A stretch of 63,831 nucleotides of DNA, filler included, from Reticulomyxa filosa (taxonomy: Eukaryota; Protista; Foraminifera): the NCBI GenBank assembly GCA_000512085.1. It is 17 parts of 17 records of this genome, joined end to end, with 100 filler letters (N's around TTAATTAATTAA, not from the genome) between each part and the next. Parts side by side here need not be neighbours in the genome. Positions count along the whole stretch, not along the records: positions 51,528 to 54,153 come from ASPP01026533.1; positions 54,254 to 57,915 come from ASPP01024231.1; positions 58,016 to 59,379 come from ASPP01026243.1; positions 59,480 to 61,368 come from ASPP01021467.1; positions 61,469 to 62,731 come from ASPP01012559.1; positions 62,832 to 63,831 come from ASPP01047818.1; 11 more parts are not named here. The stretch is one strand, 5' to 3'. The notes beneath the pieces are model-generated. The model was not told where the DNA came from and made no database searches. It was given only the letters and a program-made list of their open reading frames with translations. Each line of letters starts with the position of its first letter. Position 1 is the stretch's first letter. Positions 52,952 to 63,831 of the stretch are shown here, piece after piece. Both the position numbers and the translations under genes were made by a program.

Positions 52952-54035
52952 CTTTTTTTTGAAAGTTTTTTAAACAATTTTCGATTACGTCATAAAGAAT
53001 ATTTTTCTTCCTTCATACTGGAGACGTAAAAAGACAAAAATTGTATTTTTGGAGCATTTATAAATCAACGATTTGTTGGCTTCACTCGAAACGTTTGTAA
53101 CTCTCGGCCAATTACTATTTCTTCTTTTAGTTTTGCTTGTATGTAAAAAGATAATAGATATCATGCATTGATATCTGCCTTTTTAAGTATTTGCACTAAA
53201 TCACGCAGAATAATTTTTTCAGTAAGCCCTCTTCGTTTGTCCTAATTTCTAGACTTGGAAAAAGTTGACCTGTTTTATTTACAATCGATTACTAAAAACA
53301 CCTAAATCACTCATACAAATTGATATTTTTGGTTGAAAAAATTACAATTGCAATTTGAATTGAAACAATTCTTAGCACATTTGAATTCATTCAAAGAATA
53401 TACAAAAAATGCATTATAAAAGTCATTACTCTTTATGTTGTATAGTTTGCGTAACAGGTAGAAACTTAAAAATATGTCGCAATAAGTAATATGTCAAATA
53501 AGGCTTATCATTCATCATTTGACACATACATTTGAAGGGTTAAATAAACTCTAAAAAAGAATTAGTCTTGAATACCACTTTTGAAAAAAAACAAAGTAAC
53601 GTATTGCAAACAAATGTCAGCAATTGGCAAACATTCCAAAGCATGCCAAGCGTTAGAATCAAAGAATGACCAACGTACGATGAACAAACAATCAACGCAT
53701 TGAAGTTAAAACACCTACACCTAAACAAACACCCGCTCCAATCCAAAGCAACGCAGACAAAATCTCTTCACAAAAGATGAAGTCATTGCATATATCGATA
53801 TTCTTCGACGTTCGTCTTCAGACGGTACTGACATGTTTTCAGCGCAGCTTCTCATGGATATTGCTATATACGATAAAGCACAAGTATCCAAATCATCGCA
53901 GAATGTGTAGTTAGCACAAGTAGCAATGAGACCAATATTAATTAATATTCCGAAATGTGAGTTAACATCTAGACCAATTTCAATCTGATACTTACTATCA
54001 GACTAACTTCTGCCGCTATTCTATCTGACGACATA

Positions 54036-54153
54036 CAGTAGTTTGCAAAGAAAACTGAACGCCTAAAACATATCATATGATGATAATTGATTTTCTCAAT
54101 GAAAAATCAACATTTAGACCTAATTTTTTTTTAAAAAATATCTACAAATCTTG
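54036..54153 (+). mobile_element. MITE-family element, left part, cut by contig end
   Basis: TA|CAGTAGTTTGCAAAGAAAACTGAACGCCTAAAA. The interior ATAATTGATTTTCT..AGACCTAATTTTT..AAAAAATATCTACAAATC matches 26468-26531. Confidence 0.7.
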
Positions 54154-54454
54154 NNNNNNNNNNNNNNNNNNNNNNNNNNNNNNNNNNNNNNNNNNNNTTA
54201 ATTAATTAANNNNNNNNNNNNNNNNNNNNNNNNNNNNNNNNNNNNNNNNNNNNAGCCAAACGATCTGAGGTGAGAGGAGGGAGGGGGGGAGGGAGGGGGG
54301 GAGGGGGGGAGGTTTTACTTTATGCATATCACAAACACAAAAAATAAATTTTTTATGTGTACGTATACATGCTTTTATATATACATATGTGTACGTATAT
54401 ATATGTACATATGTGCATAAATCGTGCGTTAAAAAAAAAAATATTTCACTAAAA

Positions 54455-54701
54455 GGAGTACACCAGCTTGAGTGTTCGCGCCAATGCTCATCGCTTAACT
54501 CCTGCGACATCATTGGCTCGCAAATTGGTCACAGAAACTGAATTGGATGACAATGATGTGCACATGCGTCAGCAAGAAGGCCCAAACAATAATGATGACA
54601 ACGATAACTATTCCAATCCTTTGCTTGCTTCGACAATGGCACACGATTTTTTGAAGCAACAATTCGTTGCTGTAAAGACTGAGCAAAATACAGCACTGTA
54701 A
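54455..54701 (+). CDS. Probable terminal exon of a hypothetical gene
   Basis: A GC-richer open block ending ...VAVKTEQNTAL* follows a TA-repeat intron-like tract. Confidence 0.4.
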
Positions 54702-55243
54702 CACAAAGGTTTTGTTTCTTTTCCCTCACAAAGTTGTTGGCATAATGTCCCGCTTGTGCAAAAAAAGAAAAAGTAAAAAAAAAAACAAAAAAGCCAGACT
54801 CTTTTTTTTGTTTTGTTTGAATTTTGGAGTAAATTTTTTGTTGGCAATTGTCAAATTTTTACGAATAAGAAAACTAAGATCATATTCTTTGCATTTTTCG
54901 GTTCCTGCCTATCTATCCATTTTTTTCTGTCAAGTTTCATATCTGTTACGTTCACGACTAGATTTGTTGTTATAATGAAATTCGGAAATAAAAATGTGAT
55001 GCAGTGGCCTTCTTTTTTTTATAATTTTTTAAAATATTTTATTTTGTACTTTGACGACCTCTACTTTGTTCAAAATGTTGATTTCAAGCATTGTTTTTTT
55101 TTAAATTCGACTGTTTGCCAACTAATTTTGATGTAGTATTCTTCTTTTGCTCTTTGAGTTGACAAAACACTAACAACAATGGATCAAATTCTGTGTCATT
55201 TTTATCATCTGGACCCATATTAGGTGACTCCAAATTTTTTCTA

Positions 55244-56191
55244 CAGTTTTTTGTCAATACAAGCATTTTTATCATTTTTTATAACATAAATATTGTGCTT
55301 TATTAATTTTGGTAATTTTTTTTGCTTTGAATTGTTTTGCTTTTTTAAAAAGTTTTTAACGTTTGTTTTTACTTTTTTTGTTGTTGGAATGTCTCAGCTT
55401 ATCATGATAGATTTACTGTGCTTTTTTTTGAGAGTTATTAACATTTTGATTTGTGATAATTTTTGCAATTGCATTTTTGTTGATGCACTTTTTAATTTAC
55501 ATGTGCTTTGCCTATGTTGCTATGCTATTTTTATTACTTTTAGATGTTAAAATTGTTTAGTCTTTTTGAAAAATATTAAACTTCAAATAGCTATAATTAT
55601 TACAATTAAACCATTATAATTTTCAATTGTAAAATTCAATATTTATTTTTTGACATTGATTAAAAACTTATAGTGTAACTGTAGGAATATTGAGGAGACT
55701 AAATGTAATACGAAAGGAACTTAGTTCCAAGAAACCAATTTCAGTAAAATAAAGTAAATTTAGAACAAATAATTCAACACAATAAAGAAAACAAGTAAAA
55801 GACACGAAAAGTGAGTTGTGTTGTGAACAGTGTTTTAACCCACCGGTGGTCCCACCGTTCCCCTAGTAGTTGATATTGCATAATAGTGACTTACCCTACA
55901 TAACATAATCTAATACGCAAAAAACCCAAAAACTTTTTATTTTAAAAAATTATAATATCTTTGTTGCTTTTCAAATTTTTTTAAATCACAATTACTAACT
56001 CAAAAAATAAGAAAGAAAAAAAAAGAACGTAAAAAATAATAATAATAAATTAATTTCATAAAATAAACTACCAAAAAATTTTAAAAAACAAATTTGCAAA
56101 GAAAAAATAAAAAATAAAAAAATTCAAAAATCGATAAGCAAAACACTAATGTCATAGAAAATGATAAAATGTTTGTGATTGACAAAAACTG
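55244..56191. mobile_element. TA-flanked non-autonomous TIR element (CAGT...ACTG ends)
   Basis: CAGTTTTTTGTCAATACAAGCATTTTTATCATTTTTTATAAC is the imperfect inverse of GTCATAGAAAATGATAAAATGTTTGTGATTGACAAAAACTG. TA lies at 55242-43 and 56192-93. Confidence 0.6.
55680..55900 (+). mobile_element. Solo-LTR-like element, 221 bp, 4-bp TSD TAAC
   Basis: TGTAGG...CCTACA termini; TAAC at 55676-79 and 55901-04. Confidence 0.8.
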
Positions 56192-57111
56192 TAGAAAAAA
56201 ATGAAATGTATTTTGAAACACTTGGTTCGTAGATATTTTAAAAATGTTGATTTTTGACTTATAAAATCGATCGTCTTCTAAGGTACCATTTTAGTGTCAC
56301 TACACGTATCAAATGTTTGTTACAAACATCAAATCTTCGAAACTAAAAAATTTTACTTCTACACACTGTAACATATTATTTTGACTGATTTGATAAAATA
56401 ACCAAATAATTATAAATTTACGAATGAATAAATAAAAATACAAAAACAATATTATTATTTGAATAGTTCATTAAAAAGGGTGTAGTTACAGATTTTTAAT
56501 TTTTTTTATGTTGCATCACTAGTTTTATTCATTGCTTTCAAAGTTTAGAAGCAGAAAATTTACATTCACTGATTGTCGAATAGATCACATTTACGAAAGT
56601 AGTTAAAAGTGTTAAAAAACAATATGATGTTAATTTTTTTTTTACGTTGAAAAATATATTTTGTGTAATATAAGTTATACATTACAGAACTTTTAAATAT
56701 TCAAAATGTTTTTTTCATCAATACAATTATCGTTTTTAGCTTTTTTAATATTTGTTAATATTCTTCAAAAACTTTTAATAAAATTTGCAGCTTTAAATTA
56801 ATACAGCAATTCTAAAGTGTAACATGATTACCTTTCTGCAGCAAGTAGTAACACACATCTAAAATCAGCATGATCTCTTGTGAATTCTAATACAGAGTGG
56901 CTATATCTCAATGAAAAGTACTTTTTTTATCTCTCAAACGCTAAAAGCAAATATTATTGACATTGTTTTTTTTATTTAAAAAAAATGAAGTCACGTTGAC
57001 TGTAAGAGTAAAAAAATCACGCCTTAAATAAGAAAGATAAACGACAACCGTTTTACAAACTTACAATTTGCTATGCACAATGATTATTGCAACGTGCAAA
57101 TAATTATAAAT

Positions 57112-57915
57112 TTATTGAATGTGTTCCCACAAGGTGATTGTTCCCAGGCATCTTGGGCATGGAACACACATTGGCGTCGTCTTTGTTTGATTATTATTGC
57201 TTTTTGTAACTTTGGAGATTATGGAATGCGTTATTTTTTTCGTCGCATCTTCGTTTTCAAAACTGATATCAGTTACCAAACAAAAGGTTTACTTATTATT
57301 GTACACGTATATAAAGTAATGCACATATATACATTTCTTCTAAAAAAAGGAGTTAAAAAAAATATATATATAGTGGCTAAACTCGAAATTGCGTTTGACG
57401 TCAGGATTGACAGTTGCTACAGGGGACATGATACTGTGTTCACTCCATTCCTTTCCTTTTCCTTGATAAGTATTATCAACGCTTTGTTTCATTTGATATA
57501 GCTCTCGAACCGACAGCATATCGGACGAAACGTTGCTATTACCTGTCTCATCTAGATCATCCGATGGAACACTGTTTTTGTTCTGTAAAATCTTATTTTC
57601 TACTTCTCGACACGTAAATATTAGCAAGTTCAATTGTCGCAGCTCTTCTGCTATGCTTGGAACATCACCACCACCCTGATTTTCCAATGCATTTTTTTTT
57701 TCAGAATTTTTGGGTGATATTTGATTTGGTAATAATGAATGCAATTCAGCCAATACTTCCTTTGATATACATATATATGTATACGTATACATATATTATA
57801 TATTCAAAAAAAAAAAAAAAAAATTCCAAATTAAAAAATTAATTTGACTTTGTACCTCATTTTCAATGGTATAACCACTTGGCATTGAAGTGTCTGAAGA
57901 TGTTTTTTTTTTTTT
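57112..57915 (-). CDS. 3' exons of a hypothetical protein ending CVPCPRCLGTITLWEHIQ*
   Basis: Exon-like ORF 57340..57792 plus a last exon ~57260..57112, with TA-rich introns. 5' end cut at contig edge. Confidence 0.5.
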
Positions 57916-58716
57916 NNNNNNNNNNNNNNNNNNNNNNNNNNNNNNNNNNNNNNNNNNNNTTAATTAATTAANNNNNNNNNNNNNNNNNNNNNNNNNNNNN
58001 NNNNNNNNNNNNNNNAGCAGCAGCCAAGTTGTGCAAGTAGAGGGCAAAAAGCAGTGCGAGTGTCCAACACTTGACACACTGCAACCCATCTATAAAAAAA
58101 AAAACATCATCTGTTCTTCAATTGCTAACAAATGGAAGAATAGATAATGTGCATAATGTAATATCAATGCTTGATGTTGCATTGTCTTTCATAAATGTGG
58201 TAATGTGTTAATAATATTTAATCCATTAGACACAATGAAATCGAGAATACAATCACCAGCATCGTCGGTATTATGATCCAATAACCAAAAACATTTTAAT
58301 ATTTTATTCATAAAATTGAGGATTTTGATCACCGGTTGATATCACAAAGCCTCCAAGTTTCATAAAAACCCAGTAGCTCACAATTTTAAGAAAGGGAGAA
58401 CAGCGTCATTGCAAACTGTAATCCCAGGAGTTGGAACACAGAAACAACATTTGTTTGATAATTTCGCGCGAGGAAGCCTTTGGGAGATGTATTTGAACAT
58501 TCGTCCCTTCCCTAAGATGCCCTACTTTTTGCTTGAGTTTGCCAATGATGGATATATATATATTTTTTTTTTCACTCAAACCTGAAAGAATGCGATCATA
58601 TGAAGTGGAGGAAACTTGGATATTTGACACAATAGCATTCATATAATCTTTGAGTAAACAAGACCGTATGGATATGTATAAAAATACTTCTCATTGGAAA
58701 GAATATATTTCCAAAG

Positions 58717-59379
58717 ATTATAAATACATTACAAGCACCAGATTGTTATCTATGATCGGGGCTAAAGACGAGCAACTAATACATATTTTTAGTACAAGAT
58801 TGAGCATTTTACTAACCTTAATATTCTTTTCCATGATGCCAATCCAAATAAATTGTCGTTTGCTATTACTAACATTATTTTCTTTAATGACTTTACTTTT
58901 CTTTATGTTTGCCAAATATGCCACATATAAAATTCACTAAATCTACCTATTTATAAATAAACTGCACAATTTAATAATATTTGCCGTCTTTTTTTTTTTA
59001 ATTTTGCCGTCTACTTGACACAAATTCGCAACTATGATTTATCACTTTTGGAGACTGGTTCAATCAGGGAAAATCATAAAGAAAAACAATGTGAACAAGC
59101 CAAAAATGAGTACATCACTAAATACACACTGCAATACAAAAGGTAAACTTCAATGTTCTTGTGGTCGTTAATATCGCTTGAATGAAGCAGTCTTCGAATA
59201 TCTTGCAGCTCCAATTGTATCATTGAAGGTAATCTTGTAAAAAGACTTGGACTTAGGTCTTTTAACAATTTCCACATTGGCGCACTGCATGTTCAATCCT
59301 GTAAGTCTTTCTTTGAATACAGTTACGTCTTTAGCCCCGATCATAGATAACAATCTGGTGCTTGTAATGTATTTATAAT
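58717..59379. repeat. Perfect 54-bp inverted repeat pair (58717..58770 and 59326..59379)
   Basis: ATTATAAATACATTACAAGCACCAGATTGTTATCTATGATCGGGGCTAAAGACG and its exact reverse complement. The second copy runs into the contig end. Confidence 0.95.
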
Positions 59380-59494
59380 NNNNNNNNNNNNNNNNNNNNN
59401 NNNNNNNNNNNNNNNNNNNNNNNTTAATTAATTAANNNNNNNNNNNNNNNNNNNNNNNNNNNNNNNNNNNNNNNNNNNNAAAAAAAAAAATGTG

Positions 59495-59615
59495 GAGTTG
59501 CCTCTGGCACTAGAGTTGCGTCTGGCACTAAGAGTTGAGTCTGACACTGGAATTGCTTCTGGCGTTTAGATTTTATCTTTACGTCGCTTCTAGCTCTGGT
59601 GTCGCTTCTAGCTCT
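59495..59615 (+). repeat. 18-bp minisatellite
   Basis: About four GAGTTGCCTCTGGCACTA-like units, then two GTCGCTTCTAGCTCT units. Confidence 0.8.
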
Positions 59616-60758
59616 ACTTTTATTTTTTTTTTATATTTATATACTTACATTTTATGTAAAAAAAATAGTAAATACTAAAATAGATTGTCAAAGAAGTTGT
59701 CATTCGAAAATTCGAAAAATCAATTTGGCAGAATTTAACAAAAAATACTAACATCCAAATATTTATATAATCCAATGTTTAATGTAAACTGATTATATTT
59801 AAATTTTTATTTTTATTTCAATAAATGAATCCAAAAAAATCAAATAATGACAAAGCGTTCTTTTGAATTTGATTGTTTAATTTTTTTTTTGTGTAAGCAA
59901 CCTTTGTTCAAGTACTGTTAGCGTTAGAAAAAAAAAAATTAAATTTAAAGTTTGATAAAATATACTATTGCAAGTAAATAATTATCCATACTTTGCTGAT
60001 AATCGATTTATTTGAGAAAAAAAAAAATTAATCATGATATTATAGCACAAATCAGAACATAATGAATTAGCGTCCACTTTTTTATTGTCTTTATTGAATT
60101 TTTGTAAAATATCTTTTACTTAAAAAAACATCTCCAGAAGAAAAAATAGCAATAACAAATTGCAAGCCAGATAATGGTCATACATATTTCAAACTCATCA
60201 ATCATTTCTTATTCTTCTTTTTCACAGATAACTCAAATTTATCATCTTTATGATGCGATATCACTATAAACAGATAATTGATGATATTCAAAAGTGTTGT
60301 TGTCCAACTTTGCTTCTTACTTTTGATTGTTTGTTTTTTAAGTATTTTAGTCAGAAATTCTATTCAAATGAAAGGTTATATCATTATATTTTACATATTT
60401 TGCATATGTGTACTCAATACATGAGAAAGTTGTTTATATTTATAACAAATTTTAAGAAATAAGCTTTGAACTTTGATATTAGTTTTTTGATAGATAGAAC
60501 CTTTCTAATTACAAAGTATTATTATATTTTAGGTTATTTGTTTCAAATGTTATGTCTGATGTTTTGCTAGCAATTTTCTGCTATTTGCAAATATCAAAGG
60601 TCGATATTTCACTATCTCAATTTTCTTTCAAAAATATTTTTACTTCAAGATTATTATTAAATAACAAAATGATATTTTTTTTTTGTCAAGTAAAATGAAT
60701 TTTCAACACTTCTAAAAACATTATCCAATATTTTTGTTTTAATATGTGCATATATGTA

Positions 60759-60976
60759 TGTAGGAAGTTGACTAACTTGTCTCGACTAAAATGTTAAGTG
60801 TAATACGAATAATTGCTCTTTGAGTAATCTTTCAAAAATAAATTAGTTTAAATAAAAGAAGAATATCAACAACAACAACAAGAGAATAAGAGGGTTGGAA
60901 GAAAAGGTAAATGAGTAAGTTGTTGTAAAAAAAAGGGCAGGAACTTCCCTTTATATTGTTGGGGTCTTGTCCTACA
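60759..60976 (+). mobile_element. Solo-LTR-like element, 218 bp, 4-bp TSD TGTA
   Basis: TGTAGGA...TCCTACA termini; TGTA at 60755-58 and 60977-80. Shares GACTAAA..TGTAATACGAA with the 55680 copy. Confidence 0.8.
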
Positions 60977-63831
60977 TGTATTAAATTAAAAAATTACAAT
61001 TCCATTTTTAATTTTTTTTTTTTTTTGCAATTTGATCTATACATCATGACCAGGTCTATGTTTCAACTTAAGAAATTAAAACTATGTACTCGACAAAAAA
61101 AGCAAAAAATTTAATGAACAAATACTCAATAACAGAAATAGCCTGTTTTTTTTGTTGCTGCGAGTACTTATTAAAAGTTGATATTTGAGGATAACCTTTT
61201 CACTAAAAAATGATTTGCTTAGAAATAAAACAATGGACTTGGCAGCACTGTTGTTCAATAAGAAACACGAATCTAAAACATGAGTTATGTTTCGTTGGAT
61301 CATTTCGAATTGTCGGCAAGCCGGTTGGCATTGGCGCTTCCACAAAAAAGCAAAAAGTCATCCAAAAANNNNNNNNNNNNNNNNNNNNNNNNNNNNNNNN
61401 NNNNNNNNNNNNTTAATTAATTAANNNNNNNNNNNNNNNNNNNNNNNNNNNNNNNNNNNNNNNNNNNNAAACAACATGCATAATGACAATGGCTTTTTAA
61501 TGATATGGTAACAGCAAAAGGGTATCAAGTGGCCGATTTGTCATTACTCAATGAAAGCATGAAAAATATAATTATTTCCAAATACAAAATTGGCTATCCT
61601 TTAAGTCATATGCTAAGAGAAATTCGAAAAGATATTAAGAGAAAAGGTAGCGGTGAATAGTATTGTGTGGAAATTCAAGACACAATTGACTATGATATTA
61701 CCTTTCAACAAAGAAAATCTTTATTTTTTAAAGAACTAATAAGTAACACGCAATATCTATTGCATTGAATTTTTGTTTATACATTCAACAAACTCAAAAC
61801 TACTGAAAATAAAAAGGAAAAAAGAATGAATAATTCTATTCATAACAGTGAATTTTATATTGATTTAATGAAACAATAATGCATTTGAATAGCTGAATAA
61901 AAACATAAAAAAAATGGGACGCACATAGCAACGTGAAAATAAAAACAGCATAGCCACAATATAATCTCTTTTCAAATATTATTTTTGCACATGTTAACTT
62001 ATTATGGGTCTCATTTGTTCATTCTTTTTTGCCCAATGTTTTTTAATCAGTTGGATCACATTAACGAACAGCTCATATTTTACTTTTTTGTTATTTTTAA
62101 AAAGAAAAGAATTTTTCAAGTACATTGTTCGTCGCAAAAGTTTGGAAAGGATGATTTAACTGTATTTGGGTCGCTTATTTCAACCAACTTGTTCAGATAT
62201 CAGATTAGAATAAAGAATGACGATAGAATATATCAAAAAAATAACTATATTGAAAAATATCAACAATTAGAGCAAGCACATTCAATCACAGCGATAACAA
62301 CAACTCACACAATAACTAAAAAGAAAAAAAAACAAATGACGATGAGTAAATGTGTTTTGTTGTGACGTATTTCATTATCGATGGGATTGGACGGACAACA
62401 TTGCACAATTTTGTTTTTCATTTCCGCGTTGTTTGTGCGTATTCCGAGTCCGTGGTAAGTAGATTCAATTTGTTTCGGCTGGTGCAGTAACAGCACGCTT
62501 TGCAATTCATTGTATCATCATCGCCATCATTAAATTCAAACGAAAGCGTCTTTGGAAGTGGCCGATGCAAGCGAAGAAGAAAGAGGAGATACTTGATACA
62601 ACTGTGATCTATGATATCAACATCATCTCAAGTGCCAATGATAAAACGGAGCCAATAGCAATGACAATGGAATGGTAGCCGATTGAAAGGCATTATTCGT
62701 GACCTTGTTCTTATTCACATTTAATACAATGNNNNNNNNNNNNNNNNNNNNNNNNNNNNNNNNNNNNNNNNNNNNTTAATTAATTAANNNNNNNNNNNNN
62801 NNNNNNNNNNNNNNNNNNNNNNNNNNNNNNNAAAAATGAGTTAGTAACAAAATTCAAAATGGAATGTGAATACAAATAAAGTTTTTGATTTCTGCAATGG
62901 ACTAAACAATTTATAACTTAAACTTAAAGACCTGATAAATCGATTTAAAAAAGTGCCTTTGGTGTAGATGCGACTTTGACAGCTGCTCATTTCAAAAAAA
63001 ACTTTCAAAGAAAAAAAAAAGGATCGAATTTACTGAAAAAAAAAAGAAAAGTCTAAACACTTCAAACAGAAAAACAGGCCAAAAAAAACATTTGAGAGCA
63101 GTTCACATTGTAGTATGAAAGACTCTCTTTGTCAGTTTATCTCGGTTTACTTATTGAATGATAACTTCGCTTTCACCATTCGTTTTTTGGTAAATAGATC
63201 ATTCTTCTTGAAGATCTTGCAAATAATGGCACGTATTTATACTTAATTTTTGTTCTACAAAATTTTTCGAAAGACTAAACTGTCTTGCTTAGATTGTGAC
63301 AATCGAAATTTAAAATGTAAAGAACGTTTAGTTTGAAAAGTTCTAAAAAACATTTTAAAATTGTTGTTTATGCCAAAGTGGTTGCACCACAAAATTAAAC
63401 GAACGCACAAACTAACAAAAACACTAAAAAACTTACTATTTTTGTCCAACGAGACTTCCATACGCCCCCCTTTTGGTGTGGTTTAGTTTTAGTGTTCTGT
63501 TGTACCATTTCATTGTACTTTCTTCCTTTTTTTTGTTTTCATTTAACTTTTATTTGCTTTGAACCTTAACAATTTCTCGTTTGCGTTGAGAAATTTTTTG
63601 CGAAAAAAAGAAAACCTTTCAATGAATACAACGCTTTTGTTGCTATTTAGCGTTGCAACAAGTTAACTTTGTGTTTTTTTTGTTTTGTATGCAATAACTT
63701 TTTTTTGACTTTTCCTAGAGATAAAGAAAACTATATTTTTTTCGCAACACAATTGTCTTTCCACAAAAAGAGTTTTTTTCCACATAAAAATTGGTTGTTT
63801 TTTTGTGTTTTAAAAAAAAGGTTTTGCACAG

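Noticed and set aside
53540-54030. Possible decayed retroelement fragment
   Set aside because: Slightly GC-richer, but no convincing RT, RNase H or integrase motif.
59495-59615. 18-bp repeats as CRISPR or telomeric array
   Set aside because: No spacers, degenerate units and few copies; an ordinary minisatellite or decayed coding repeat.
11497-62831. Regularly recurring TTAATTAATTAA palindrome between N runs as a biological repeat or CRISPR-like array
   Set aside because: The invariant 44-12-44 structure with stops in all frames, and genes cut at its edges, mark it as a synthetic contig linker.
61469-63831. Genes in the last two fragments
   Set aside because: Only short exon-like pieces with stops (62305..62700, 63140..63515), which is not enough to call a product.
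1-63831. tRNA, rRNA genes or alternative genetic code
   Set aside because: No cloverleaf or rRNA-like sequence noticed. TAA and TGA terminate conserved genes normally, and in-frame stops fall in introns.

Overview
Eukaryotic, AT-rich, intron-containing DNA. It is not one continuous locus: 17 separate contigs or fragments are joined by 16 identical artificial 100-bp linkers (N44-TTAATTAATTAA-N44), so gene order means something only within a contig. Several traits point to a foraminiferan such as Reticulomyxa filosa: short A/T-homopolymer-rich GT-AG introns, poly-(ND) coding tracts, several divergent G-alpha and 7TM genes, and an intronless TPR gene. This is inference and was not checked. Recognisable genes are a DUF4833 protein, an OCRL/INPP5B-like inositol 5-phosphatase, TRAPPC8/Trs85, the 5' end of a GNPTAB-like Stealth phosphotransferase, a PP1-type phosphatase with a very large insertion, a divergent profilin, two G-alpha-like proteins, a SAP-domain protein, an RRM protein, HEATR6, a CAT-type amino-acid permease, a 7TM-like protein and a globin with a long N-terminal extension. 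The most unusual items are: (1) an intronless gene fusing a catalytically substituted true-caspase-type domain (GKPK motif) to an unknown middle domain and 42-aa TPR repeats; (2) a TyrB10/GlnE7 globin behind a ~350-aa disordered, possibly acylated arm; (3) a family of ~220-bp solo-LTR-like elements with 4-bp target-site duplications, plus TA-flanked Tc1/mariner-like non-autonomous elements; (4) repeated one-base-short frameshifts in otherwise intact genes, most likely homopolymer sequencing errors. All exon boundaries were read by eye, and no searches were run.
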